Origin: an uncultured delta proteobacterium
GTDB taxonomy: Bacteria; Myxococcota_A; Polyangia; Polyangiales; Polyangiaceae
DNA length: 64,000 nt
Direction: 5' to 3'
NCBI GenBank assembly: GCA_963781505.1
Contig: CAWAHB010000010.1
Span: 237,547 to 301,546 of the forward strand
Under the pieces are notes generated by a model. That model searched no databases, was not told where the DNA came from, and was given only the letters and a program-made list of their open reading frames with translations. Positions 10,601 to 20,713 of this stretch are shown here, in pieces. A program made the translations under genes and the position numbers. Every line of letters starts with the position of its first letter. The stretch's first letter is position 1.

Positions 10601-10618
10601 TGTCAGGATTTCCTGACA
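10601..10618. promoter_or_regulatory. 18-bp perfect palindrome TGTCAGGATTTCCTGACA, candidate operator ~45 nt upstream of the desaturase start
   Basis: Read directly. It lies in the 185-nt divergent region between the desaturase (start 10556, minus) and the YHS lipoprotein (start 10742, plus). Confidence 0.3.
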
Positions 10619-10741
10619 AAGGTCGGTGACTTGGACGCAGTGCGCCAAGGGGCCTTTCGTTTCTGCAATACGAAAATCCGACAAACCTGCGAAATTCCGG
10701 CCAGTGCGAGGCCCGTCGAGGCGCGCTAGGTTCCAGGCCGC

Positions 10742-11143
10742 ATGACGCGCGCCGCCTTGTGCCTATCGTTCGGTCTGGCCCTGACCGCCTGCAGCCGCTC
10801 GGAGACTGCTCCGCGAGCCGAGACCAAAACCCTGCCCGTGAGCACGGGCGGAACCTGCGGCCCGGAAGGGGAAGCCACCTCGTGCCAGCACGAAGGCTCG
10901 TGCTCGGCTTGTGGATGTGGGCACGCGCACGGAGAAGGAGCCAGCGAAGCGTCATCCGGTCCCATTCTTCCGGTGGGACAGGCCAAGATCGGCGACCGCA
11001 CGCGCTGCCTGGTGACGAACACGGTGTTTGTGGTGAAAGCCGATTCACCCGCCGTCGAGCACGCGGGAAAGAAATACTACTTTTGCTGTGAGGGCTGCGC
11101 GAAGCAGTTCCGAGAAGAGCCCCAGAAGTTTCTCGGCAGCTGA
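10742..11143 (+). CDS. YHS/TRASH-type metal-binding lipoprotein with Cys/His-rich linker
   Basis: Lipobox LALTACS. Cys/His cluster TSCQHEGSCSACGCGHAHGEG. C-terminal YHS-like GKKYYFCCEGCAKQFREEPQKF. Confidence 0.7.
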   Translation: MTRAALCLSFGLALTACSRSETAPRAETKTLPVSTGGTCGPEGEATSCQHEGSCSACGCGHAHGEGASEASSGPILPVGQAKIGDRTRCLVTNTVFVVKADSPAVEHAGKKYYFCCEGCAKQFREEPQKFLGS

Positions 11144-12036
11144 TGAGCGTCCGCGTCGTCTGCACGGCACTCGCACTGAGCACGGTCTCGTTATCGCTCG
11201 CGCGTTCGGCCGCCGCTTGCGCGGTCTGCGCTGCGGGTGACCCGACGCTGTCCCAGGCTGGATCGGAGCGGGCGTTTGCAGGGAGACTCCGACTATCAGC
11301 GGAGCTCCGGGTGGGAAGCTTACGTGTCGGGGAACACGGCGTCGACGAAGTCGAGTTACTGGAACAGCGACTCGATATCGTCACCACGTACGCCACGTCG
11401 CGCGAGCTGGCCTTCACCTTGCTCTTGCCGACGCTGCGCCGGCGTGTGACCTGGCGACAATCCGTCTCGGAACGCTACTTCGGGCCAGGAGACGCAGAGC
11501 TGAGGAGCAAGGTAACGGTTTGGCGTTCCGAGGACTCGCACCGCGAGGCGGCGATCCTGATGGGCCTGAAGGTTCCCACCGCCCTCGAGCAGAAGACGCC
11601 TGCCGGCGAGCGATTGCCAGTCGATCTTCAGCCCGGCACTGGCGCTCTTTCTCCGCTGCTCGGAGCTTTCTATTTCACACGCAGCGACATCTGGTCCGGC
11701 AGCACGAGTGCGTTCGTCTACGTTCCGGTCCCCGTCAAAGAGGACGCTCACAGCGCGACTGCCTGGCGAGCAAATGCTACTTTGCAATGTCAACCCAGCC
11801 GATCCTTCGCCTCTCGGCTCGGCGTCGTCGCTCGCATCGACGGAAGCTCGGAAACCGATGGTTCGACGGACGAAAATTCTGGTGGTTTCGTCGGCTACGT
11901 CTCGACGGAGATCGTCGTGAGCCCGGTGACGGACCTTCTGATCACCGCGGGCGCATACCACCCGGCTCTGCAAGTGTTGCGTGGTCGTCACGTCGAAGGC
12001 ACCGTCGCACTTTTGGGGCTCACACTCGATTTGTGA
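11143..12036 (+). CDS. Putative outer-membrane beta-barrel protein (MetA-pathway/transporter-like) with an N-terminal CxxC motif
   Basis: Signal peptide, then AAACAVCAAGDP. Alternating beta-strand-like sequence and aromatic/aliphatic C-terminal strands. The start overlaps the upstream stop (ATGA at 11140-11145). Confidence 0.45.
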   Translation: MSVRVVCTALALSTVSLSLARSAAACAVCAAGDPTLSQAGSERAFAGRLRLSAELRVGSLRVGEHGVDEVELLEQRLDIVTTYATSRELAFTLLLPTLRRRVTWRQSVSERYFGPGDAELRSKVTVWRSEDSHREAAILMGLKVPTALEQKTPAGERLPVDLQPGTGALSPLLGAFYFTRSDIWSGSTSAFVYVPVPVKEDAHSATAWRANATLQCQPSRSFASRLGVVARIDGSSETDGSTDENSGGFVGYVSTEIVVSPVTDLLITAGAYHPALQVLRGRHVEGTVALLGLTLDL

Positions 12037-12094
12037 GCGGACTGGACTCTCCCGGCTGCGAGTGCAAAAATGACGTCCTCTTTGGGGAGATGAG

Positions 12095-12760
12095 ATGAAC
12101 CACTTGCGCTTCGGTCTTGGATTGATGTCCCTCGGCGCCATCGCGATGGCTTGCAGCTCGTCGGGCGGCGGGAGCGGCGCGGCCCCCTGCGACGACGCGG
12201 GCCTGTGCCAAAACGGCCTCGTTTGTCAGAATGGATATTGCCTCGCAGTCGAAGCCGGCACCGGCGGCGCTGGTGGTGGGTTCGGCGGCCTCGGTGGCAG
12301 CGGAGCGACGAGCGGTGGGGGAAGCGGGGGACTCGGCGCGACGGGCGGGCTCGGCGGATCGAGCGGCGTTGGCGCCAGCGGCGGCGTTGCGGGAACCGGA
12401 GGATTCGGTGCGACCGGAGGATTTGGCGCGACCGGAGGAACTGGCGCGACCGGAGGATTTGGCGCGACCGGAGGATTTGGCGCGACCGGAGGATTTGGCG
12501 CGACCGGAGGAACCGGCGCGACCGGAGGAACCGGCGCGACCGGAGGAACCGGAGGTTCCGGTGGCTCGACCGGCACCTGGACGTGCTCGGCCACGTACTA
12601 CGGCGGAGGAGACGGGTGTGACTGCGGTTGCGGGATCGTCGATCCAGACTGCGCGAGCCCCAACGCGTCATCGTGCCTGTACTGCGACGACTCCGGCTCC
12701 TGCAATACGCAGTCCTGCCCGGGCTCGATCAACCCGACGAACAACGCGACCTGCCTCTGA
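12095..12760 (+). CDS. Secreted lipoprotein with (GATGGF/T) hexapeptide repeats and a Cys-rich C-terminal module
   Basis: Lipobox AIAMACSS, a Gly-rich linker and eight hexapeptide repeats. C-terminus WTCSATYYGGGDGCDCGCGIVDPDCASPNASSCLYCDDSGSCN. Confidence 0.7.
   Translation: MNHLRFGLGLMSLGAIAMACSSSGGGSGAAPCDDAGLCQNGLVCQNGYCLAVEAGTGGAGGGFGGLGGSGATSGGGSGGLGATGGLGGSSGVGASGGVAGTGGFGATGGFGATGGTGATGGFGATGGFGATGGFGATGGTGATGGTGATGGTGGSGGSTGTWTCSATYYGGGDGCDCGCGIVDPDCASPNASSCLYCDDSGSCNTQSCPGSINPTNNATCL
12407..12550 (+). repeat. Eight tandem near-identical 18-bp units (GGCGCGACCGGAGGAWYY)
   Basis: I counted the units directly, starting at 12407, 12425, 12443, 12461, 12479, 12497, 12515 and 12533. Only the last 3 nt (and one nt in unit 1) vary. 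Confidence 0.95.
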
Positions 12761-15700
12761 TCAGCCGGTCGCTTGGGCCACGCGCCCGTGGTTTGGCGGT
12801 GCGGGTGGCTCGGTGTTGATGCGCCCCGGTTCCGCGGGATCGTAGGCCAGGTTCGGCTGCAAATACCGCTCCGCTTGCTCGACCGAAATCGACTTGCGCC
12901 GGGCGTAATCCTCGACCTGGTCACGCCCGATCCGACCGACGTTGAAGTAACGCGCTGACGGGTGGGAAAAGTACAACCCGCTGACGCTGGCCGCCGGGAT
13001 CATCATGAAGCTCTCGGTGAGGGAAACACCAATCTGGCTCGGCGTGAGAAGCTCGCACAGCGTTTCTTTTTCGCTGTGATCCGGACAGGCCGGATAGCCA
13101 AACGCAGGTCGGATCCCACGATAGCGCTCGTCGATGAGATCCTCGCTGGTGAGCTTCTCGCCCTTGCCGTAGCCCCATTCCCGTCGAGCGCGTTCGTGCA
13201 GATACTCCGCGAATGCCTCCGCGAGGCGATCGGCCAGGGCCTTGATCATGATGGCGTCGTAGTCGTCGTATTGCTTGGCGAAGTGATCCGAAGCTTCCTT
13301 TTCGCCGATTCCGGCCGTCACCGCAAAAGCGCCGATGTAGTCCTCGACTCCGGAGCCGAGGGGCGCCACGAAGTCCGCGAGGGATCGGCACGGTCCATCG
13401 TCGTGTTTGACCTGCTGGCGGAGCATGGAGAAGCGGTGGATTTCCTGGGAGCGCTCGGCGTCCAGAAGCACGATGTCGTCGCCGTCACTCGCTGCCGGCC
13501 AAAAGCCGTACACCGCGTTGGCGCGCAGCATCTTACCCGCCACGATCCTGTGAAGGAGATCTTGAGCGTTGTCGTACAGCTCCCGCGCGACCGGACCGTA
13601 CTGCTTGTCATCCAGCACGGACGGGAACTTCCCCGGCAATTCCCACGCCGAGAAGAAGAACGACCAATCGATGTAGCGGGCAATCTCCCCGAGAGGCTGA
13701 TCGAGCATCAAACGCGTGCCAATACGCTTCGGAATTGGCACTTCACCGAATTCGAGCTTCGCGCGTTTCGCGCGGGCCTCCGCGATGGGGATGAGGGGCT
13801 TCTTTTGCTGCCCGGCGTGGGCCTGGCGCAGTCGCTCCTGGTCGGCCCGAGCTTCGGCAGCCAGGGTTACCTTCTTTTCGGCGTCGAGTAACGACGCCAC
13901 GACGTTCACCGCCCGCGATGCATCGAGCACGTGGATCACCGGGTGGTCATAGGCCGGGGCGATCTTCACCGCGGTGTGCTGGCGACTGGTGGTTGCGCCT
14001 CCGATGAGCAGCGGAACCTCGAAGTTCCTGCGCTTCATCTCCCGGGCCACGTTGACCATTTCGTCCAGGCTCGGCGTGATCAAACCGGAGAGACCGATGA
14101 GATCGGCTTGTTCGGCGATGGCGGCGTCGAGGATTTTTGAGCGGGAACCATCACGCCGAGATCCACGACGTCGTAGTTGTTGCAGCCGAGGACCACGCCC
14201 ACGATGTTCTTTCCGATGTCGTGTACATCGCCCTTGACCGTCGCCATCACGATCTTGCCGTTCTTGCTCTTGGAGCCGGTTTTTAGCTTCTCCTCCTCCA
14301 TGAACGGCTCGAGATACGCGACGCCACGCTTCATGACCCGCGCGCTCTTCACCACCTGGGGCAGGAACATCTTGCCGGCGCCGAACAGGTCGCCGACGAC
14401 CTGCATCCCGCTCATCATCGGCCCTTCGATCACGAGCAGCGGTCGTCCGAGCTTTTGCCGGGCCTCTTCGACGTCGGCCTCGATGTGCTCCACGACGCCG
14501 TGGACCAGCGCATAGGAGATCCGCTCTTCCACGGTCTTTTCCCGCCAAGCGAGATCCTGTTCCTTCTTCTTGCCGCTCCCGCGCACGGTCTCTGCGAATT
14601 CGACCATGCGCTCCGTGGCGTCGGTCCGTCGATCGAAGAGCACGTCCTCGACGCGCTCCAGAAGGTCCTTCGGGATGTCCTCGTACACCACGAGCTGTCC
14701 GGCGTTGACGATGCCCATGTCCATGCCGGCGCGGATGGCATGATACAGAAACGCCGAGTGGAACGCTTCGCGCACCGGATCGTTCCCGCGGAACGAAAAC
14801 GACAGGTTGCTGACTCCGCCACTGATCTTGGCGCCCTCGAGGTTCTCTTTGATGAGCCGCACGGCCTCGATGTAGTTGATCGCGAAGCGGTTGTGCCCGT
14901 CGATGCCCGTTGCGACGGCGAAGATGTTCGGATCGAAGATGATGTCGTAGGGGGAAAATCCCGCTTGCTCGACCAAGAGCCGGTGGGCGCGCTCGCAAAT
15001 CGCGAACTTCTGCTCCTTGCTTTCGGCCTGGCCCTGCTCGTCGAAGGCCATCACCACCACGCCCGCGCCGTAGCGCTGGACCTTCTTCGCTCTCTCGAGA
15101 AACTCCGGCTCACCTTCCTTCAAGCTGATGGAGTTGACGACGCATTTCCCCTGCACGCATTTCAACCCGGCTTCCAGCACGCTCCACTTGCTCGAGTCGA
15201 CCATGATGGGCACTCGCGAGATGTCGGGCTCGCTGGCGATCAGGTTCAAAAACAGCGTCATCGCCGCTTCGGAATCCAACATGCCCTCGTCCATGTTCAC
15301 GTCGATGATGTTGGCTCCGCTCCGCACCTGCTCGGCGGCGACTTCGAGGGCCTTGTTGTAGTCGCCGGCCTTGATCAAGTTGGCGAAACGACGGCTTCCG
15401 GTCACGTTCGTGCGCTCACCGACCATGATGAAGTTCGAGTCCGCGCCGATCGTGAGCGTCTCGAGCCCCGAGTAGCACGTTCTTGCGACCACTTCGGGAA
15501 TCGTGCGGGGCTCGATCCCTTTCACCTTGTCGGCAATCGCACGAATGTGCTCCGGGGTCGTGCCGCAGCAGCCCCCCACCACGTTGACGAGTCCCGCCTG
15601 GGCGAACTCTTGGAGGAACCCCGACGTGTCTTCGGGCTTTTCGTCGTACTCACCAAACGCGTTGGGAAGGCCCGCGTTCGGGTAACAAGTGACGAGCACC

Positions 15701-16503
15701 GGCGCGATGCGGGACAGCTCGGCGATGTAGGGCCGCATCTCCTGGGCGCCGAGAGCGCAGTTGACCCCCACGCTGAGGGGGCGACCGTGCGCGACACTGG
15801 TCCAGAACGCGTCCACCGTCTGGCCGCTGAGGGTTCGCCCGCTCTTGTCCGTAATCGTGACGCTGAGCAAAATGGGTAGCTCGATGGCCTTCTCATCGAA
15901 GACATCCCAGATGGCGTTCAGGCACGCCTTGGCATTCAGGGTGTCGAAAATCGTCTCGATCAGCAGCAAGTCCGAGCCGCCGTCGACGAGCCCTCGCACC
16001 TGATCCGCGTACGCGGCGCGGACCTCGTCGTAGCTCACGGCGCGGAAGCCCGGCTCGTTCACCCGGGGCGACAGGCTCAAGGCGCGATTCATCGGTCCGA
16101 TGGCGCCCGCCACGAAACGCGGCTGGGTCGGCGTCTTGTCACTCTGGCGAAGCGTGAGCTCCTTCGCGATGCGCGCCGCTTCGAGATTCAGCTCGTAGGC
16201 GATGGACTGGAGATCGTAGTCCGCCTGGGAAATTGCCTGGGAGCTGAACGTGTTGGTTTCGATGATGTCGGCGCCGGCATCCAGGTACGCCTGATGAATC
16301 GCCTTCTGAACGTCCGGACGCGTGAGAACGATGAGGTCGTTGTTGCCTTTGAGATCTTTCGGGTGATCTTCGAATCGCTTCCCACGAAAGTCCGCTTCTT
16401 CGAGATTGTAGCCCTGGATGGCAGTGCCCATCGCGCCGTCGAGCACCAGGACGCGCTCGCGACAAAGCTTTCGGATCTGATCGGCAACATTCGGTTCAGA
16501 CAT
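12761..16503 (-). CDS. metH: Cobalamin-dependent methionine synthase; single frame break at ~14134-14138
   Basis: ORF 14080..16539 carries the Hcy-binding ([11 protein letters not shown]), pterin-binding and B12-binding ([11 protein letters not shown]) modules. ORF 12761..14998 carries the rest from [26 protein letters not shown] through the AdoMet activation domain. On the minus strand CAAAAATCC reads GVMVPAQKS.., and one more A would give [14 protein letters not shown]. The start is taken at [12 protein letters not shown] (16503). Confidence 0.9.
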
Positions 16504-17468
16504 GATTCTTTCTTCCGTTCGTAGCGCGCTTCTCTGCAAAGGCGGTAACCACCTCGAAGTACGGCTTCTTCCGCTCTCGAGAGGTGATCCCGACTTCGCT
16601 CACGACAAGGCCGGAGGACTCGAGGAGGCGCCGGAGCGCTTTGGGCTCGAACCCAGGGTGAACGTGACCATACGCTTCGGTCACTTCCGAGTGCGAATGT
16701 GCCGCCAACGTCACCAGGGCAAGCGTCCCGCACGATCGCAATACTCGGGTCGCTTCGCTCAGGGCGAGGCGAGGCTCCGGAGCGTACGAGAGGGTGTTGA
16801 GCAGGAGCACTTGATCGAAGGACTCGGACGCGAACGGCAACTCCTGCATGTCGCCCAGGGTCACCCGGACGTTGCCAAGCTTTCCGAGTCGGCGTTTCGC
16901 AGCTTCGATCATGCGCTCGCTACGGTCGAGCAGCGTGATGCTCTTGGCGCGAGGAGCCAGGAGCGCTGCGATGGCACCGTCGCCCGAACCCACGTCGAGC
17001 ACGTCGCCGAGCTTCACGAATCCGAGAAGCCCCCGCGCCGTGGCCTCCCAGGTTCGGCCGGGCGAGTAGTGACGCTCCATCTCGCCCGCAATCGAGTCGG
17101 GCCAGGAGCTTCCACCCTTGGCTGCCCGCTTGAGCTTTTCGCACCGCGCGCGATCGGCTTCGAGCAGCGCGTCGGACACCTGGGATTCGACGAGCTCCCA
17201 TACCCGGCGGGCCGCCTCCGGCATCGCGCCATCGTTCACGGCGTAGAACGTGGAGGCGCCCGCCTTGCGATCTCCTGAGCAACCCGGCGTCTCGAAGTCG
17301 GCCGAGGTGAGTCGACACCCGGGACTGCGGAAGCTCGGTGATCGCGGTGAGCTCGGCCACGCTGAGCTCGTCTTTGGCGAGCAAAGCCATCAGGCGAACG
17401 CGGGTCGCGTCCCCAAAAACGTGCAGAAGCTCGACCGTCGAGTCGACGGTGGCGTGATATCCGTTCAT
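16496..17468 (-). CDS. Fused ArsR-family HTH regulator / class I SAM-dependent methyltransferase; single frame break at ~17275
   Basis: ORF 16920..17468 N-terminus [31 protein letters not shown] (ArsR wHTH). I translated the junction as [23 protein letters not shown], which joins ORF 16496..17239 ([19 protein letters not shown] motif). The stop overlaps the metH start (ATGTCTGA at 16496-16503). Confidence 0.8.
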
Positions 17469-17539
17469 CAGGATGGCCGGATAGTTCTATCGCCGGGCAG
17501 GAAAGGCGTCAAGTCCCCATGGTATGACGCGGAAAAGCA

Positions 17540-18889
17540 ATGCGGGCGCTGGCAGCCTCCTTCGGGCTTTCGGCCTTCCTCGCCGCCTCCGTTTGCCTCG
17601 CCGGAAACGAGGACTCGTTCCTGTTCGGCGACCAGGCATCGATGACCGGTGGAGCGGTCACCTCGTCGATTCGGGACACGGCCGCCATTTGGTACAACCC
17701 CGCCGGCCTCGGAAACAATCGGCGCGGTCGCCTGGAGCTCAGCGGGACGGCGTTCACACTGCGCTACCGCCAGATCGACAACGGGCTGGTTCTCGATTTG
17801 CCCGACGAGCGGGTGAACCGCTCGATTCGCAGCCGTGAGCTCTACGTCGTGCCGACGTTGCTCGTAGCGGCGCGCGAAGTCAGCGATGGCGTCAGCGTGG
17901 GACTCGGTCTCTTCGTGACCGAGCAGGATCTCTTCGACTTCGAAACAACCGTGCAAACGACCGATTCTCGGATCGATCTGGATCTGGCGGGTGCACTCAG
18001 TGGAACGCTGATTCGATATGAAGCCGGACCGGGAGTGGGCTGGCAGGTGACTCCGCGGCTTCGCCTCGGCGCGAGCCTCTTTGCCGTCTACGAAAACTAC
18101 CACGAGTTTCGCAAGCTCTTCGCCGACGCGACGATGACGGGAACCTACGAGTCCACGTTCTTCCAACGCCTGGTGGATGCGAAGTCCACGCGCATCGGAT
18201 CGGAGCTGGTCCTGGGCGCACAATACGACGCCGGAGACGGGTGGGAATTCGGTATCGCCGTCCGGTCGCCGCGTTGGGTGTTCTTCGAGCGCGCAGAAAC
18301 CGACAACTCGACGGCCCTCATTTCCCAGAGCCCGACGGCTCCAGCGGTGGCGTTTTCCAGCGTCGATCACACGCCGATCGGCGCCGAAGGCACGGGACTC
18401 ACTCGCCCGCCCCGCATCCACGCCGGCGCGTCCAAACGCCTGGGCCCCGTGGAGCTTTCGGCGGAGCTCGAGGTCCGCCCCAAAGCATTCGGAGGCCCGC
18501 TGGCGGAACGATCGGTCGTCAACGGGCGGTCGGGCCTGCTCTGGTACGCGGGACGGAACACGCTGCTCGGGATCGGCGTTTTCAGCGATCGCAGCGGGGC
18601 TGCGCGACCGGCGGTATTTCCGGACAGTCGGGTCGACTACTACGGGCTATCGACGGGCTGGAAGCAGAAGAACCTGGTGCGGCTCCACGATGGTGAGCAG
18701 GCCAGCACGTTGTCCTTCACCACCACGATCGCTGTTCGCTACGCTCTCGGGCTCGGGCAATCGACTCGCATCCGCTTCGACTTCCGCGATACGCCGGACA
18801 CGGGAGTCGTGGGTCGAGTCGACGACGAACGGGTCGGGGTCGTGTATCACGAACTTTCGCTGTATCTCGGAACGGGATTCGAGTTCTGA
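17540..18889 (+). CDS. Outer-membrane transport protein, FadL/TodX-like beta-barrel
   Basis: Signal peptide AFLAASVCLAG. N-terminal hatch-like AIWYNPAGLG. Alternating beta pattern and a C-terminal ...YLGTGFEF aromatic terminus. Intact 449 aa. Confidence 0.55.
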   Translation: MRALAASFGLSAFLAASVCLAGNEDSFLFGDQASMTGGAVTSSIRDTAAIWYNPAGLGNNRRGRLELSGTAFTLRYRQIDNGLVLDLPDERVNRSIRSRELYVVPTLLVAAREVSDGVSVGLGLFVTEQDLFDFETTVQTTDSRIDLDLAGALSGTLIRYEAGPGVGWQVTPRLRLGASLFAVYENYHEFRKLFADATMTGTYESTFFQRLVDAKSTRIGSELVLGAQYDAGDGWEFGIAVRSPRWVFFERAETDNSTALISQSPTAPAVAFSSVDHTPIGAEGTGLTRPPRIHAGASKRLGPVELSAELEVRPKAFGGPLAERSVVNGRSGLLWYAGRNTLLGIGVFSDRSGAARPAVFPDSRVDYYGLSTGWKQKNLVRLHDGEQASTLSFTTTIAVRYALGLGQSTRIRFDFRDTPDTGVVGRVDDERVGVVYHELSLYLGTGFEF

Positions 18890-18913
18890 GTCCGTCGGGG
18901 TATCCTCCGAGCC

Positions 18914-20704
18914 GTGAGGCGCTTGGCTTGGCTGAGTACGATGATCGTCGTCGCGTGCGCGGGTGGACCGCCCCCGACGCGACCGGCGACCACTCCGGTC
19001 ATCGACAAGCCCGCGGTCCCCGACCCAACGAGCGAGCATGGCGAGATCGGAATCGATACCGAGCCCGGATCGCGCGAGATCGTGCAACGGCTCCGTGAGG
19101 CCGACGCCGAGGCGGATGCGGGGAAGCGCTTCTCCCAGAAAGAAACCAGCCTGAAAGCCATCCGCGCGCTCGCCGATCCTCGGGGCGCGGATGCTCTGTA
19201 CGAATATGCCAGCGCCCCACGCCACACTGGGATCTCGAAGGGCGAGCTCATCCACTTCCGAACGCAAGCTGCGTTCGCGCTCGCAGAGCTCGGTGACGTG
19301 CGTGCGGCGGTCATCCTCGGGGAGCGACTGAAACAAGACCCGCTTCGGATTTACGACGCAGGAGATCCCAACCAGGCAGAGCTCCAGCGCTCCGACAACG
19401 AGCGGGTGGTGGCCGCTCGATTGATCGCAGATCTGGCCGAGCTTCACCCCGACCGCCTGGAGCAGCTCCGCCAGGCCACCGCCGAGGGCCTGGCGCACTG
19501 GATCGAAGAGCGCCCAGCGCCCCACTCGAACGCCCTCCGTGCCCGCGCGCGACTCGGGATCCGGGATGCTTCCGTGCTGCACCAGCTCGAGGACTGGTCC
19601 GATCCCAAGACGCTCCCCAAGCGGGGCCAGCAGCCACCCTTCCCCATGGAGCTCGAGATCGCAGAGTCCGCCCTGCGCTGGCTCGGTGCCTCGAAGGACC
19701 CCAAAGCCGCGAGTATCTTGAAAAAACAACTCGGGCGTCGCCCTCAACGCTTCGACGCCACCCTCAGCGGGCTCATGAGCAGCGGAAGCGCGGTTTTGGG
19801 AATGGGCCTTCGCGCGCTCGGCATGGGCGCCTCTCAGGGCCTCGCCGAGCTCGGTGATCCCCAGGCAATCCCGTCGCTGCTTCGATACGTCGATGAAGAG
19901 AAGGAAAACGAACAGAGCCGCGTCGAAGCCTGCCACGCCGTCGCGACGCTCCTGACGGACGCCCAGGCACCCGAGGTCGCCAAGCGCCTTTTGGCATTGC
20001 GCGCCCAGCAAAATGCGGGCGCGAGATTCCGTCTCGAATGCCTGGTCTCCGGGCTCGCGATCCAGAGCGTCGATCCCCTCGGCGCGCCGCTGCTGGGGCT
20101 CCTGACCAACGGCGTGGAGCCATCCATTCGTCTGGTGGCTGCCATCGCTCTGGGACGGCGCGGCCTGGATCGAGCTACCGAGCAAGCGCTCATGGACAAG
20201 CTCGGTCCCGACGCGACGGAAGCACCGATCGCCTTGTTGCTCGGCGGCTCACCGGACGCGGTAGCTCGAGTCGCAACGCTCGCGGCGAGCTCCGATGACG
20301 CGTGGGTCGCGCAGGTGAGCGACAACTTCCGGAGCTCGATCGACGCCGTCCACGCCGCGGATCTGCAGCGAGGGCACCTGTTTCGTTGGGTCGAAAACGC
20401 TCGCCGACTCGCCGGCGCCCAGCGGAGGAAGCAAGCCCTCACGTTCGCGGAGGACTGCCTGCGGGACAGAATTGCCGACGCGCCGTTCGACAGCGGTCCC
20501 GGCACCCTCACCCTCGTGGTGCTCCGCGGTCGGCTCCTGGCGATCGCCCGAAAAGCCGGTCCCGACGCGAAGCACGCAGTGGAAACGCTGGAGCTTCTGC
20601 GGGAGAGGGGCGTGCTCCTGGCGCTCGGGGAGCGATCCGATGAAACCGGCGCGCTTTGTCGCGCTGCGCTCGCGCGGCTACCCGCGCCGGCCGCGGATCG
20701 GTAG
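18914..20704 (+). CDS. HEAT/PBS-lyase-like repeat lipoprotein
   Basis: Lipobox MIVVACAGG. Repeated helical units ending in AxxALxxLGDxxA (AAFALAELGDVRAA, ASQGLAELGDPQAIPSLL, AAIALGRRGLD). Intact 596 aa. Confidence 0.5.
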   Translation: MRRLAWLSTMIVVACAGGPPPTRPATTPVIDKPAVPDPTSEHGEIGIDTEPGSREIVQRLREADAEADAGKRFSQKETSLKAIRALADPRGADALYEYASAPRHTGISKGELIHFRTQAAFALAELGDVRAAVILGERLKQDPLRIYDAGDPNQAELQRSDNERVVAARLIADLAELHPDRLEQLRQATAEGLAHWIEERPAPHSNALRARARLGIRDASVLHQLEDWSDPKTLPKRGQQPPFPMELEIAESALRWLGASKDPKAASILKKQLGRRPQRFDATLSGLMSSGSAVLGMGLRALGMGASQGLAELGDPQAIPSLLRYVDEEKENEQSRVEACHAVATLLTDAQAPEVAKRLLALRAQQNAGARFRLECLVSGLAIQSVDPLGAPLLGLLTNGVEPSIRLVAAIALGRRGLDRATEQALMDKLGPDATEAPIALLLGGSPDAVARVATLAASSDDAWVAQVSDNFRSSIDAVHAADLQRGHLFRWVENARRLAGAQRRKQALTFAEDCLRDRIADAPFDSGPGTLTLVVLRGRLLAIARKAGPDAKHAVETLELLRERGVLLALGERSDETGALCRAALARLPAPAADR

Positions 20705-20713
20705 CATCGACGG

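Noticed and set aside
11988-12671. ORFs with RFLRSR, RNRRDR or PVAPNPPVA periodicity, and a possible CRISPR-like array at 12407-12550
   Set aside because: All are alternative readings of the 18-bp tandem repeat. The units are contiguous with no spacers, so this is a coding microsatellite and not a CRISPR array.
12758-12763. Convergent stop codons abutting as TGATCA here and again at 42184-42189
   Set aside because: This is a curious coincidence of TGA stops on both strands with zero spacing. Two occurrences are not enough to argue for a functional motif.
14455-15879. A 474-aa plus-strand ORF inside metH
   Set aside because: It is antisense to the strongly conserved Hcy- and pterin-binding modules of metH, and its composition (His/Arg/Asp/Val runs) is not protein-like.
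17469-17539. A cobalamin or SAM riboswitch ahead of the ArsR-methyltransferase/metH operon
   Set aside because: The leader is only 71 nt and I see no B12-box-like or SAM-I-like conserved core, so it is too short for either class.
18647-20185. A 512-aa minus-strand ORF opposite the HEAT-repeat lipoprotein
   Set aside because: It is an antisense shadow: Arg/Gly-rich with no signal or domain. The plus-strand ORF has a lipobox and a regular helical repeat.
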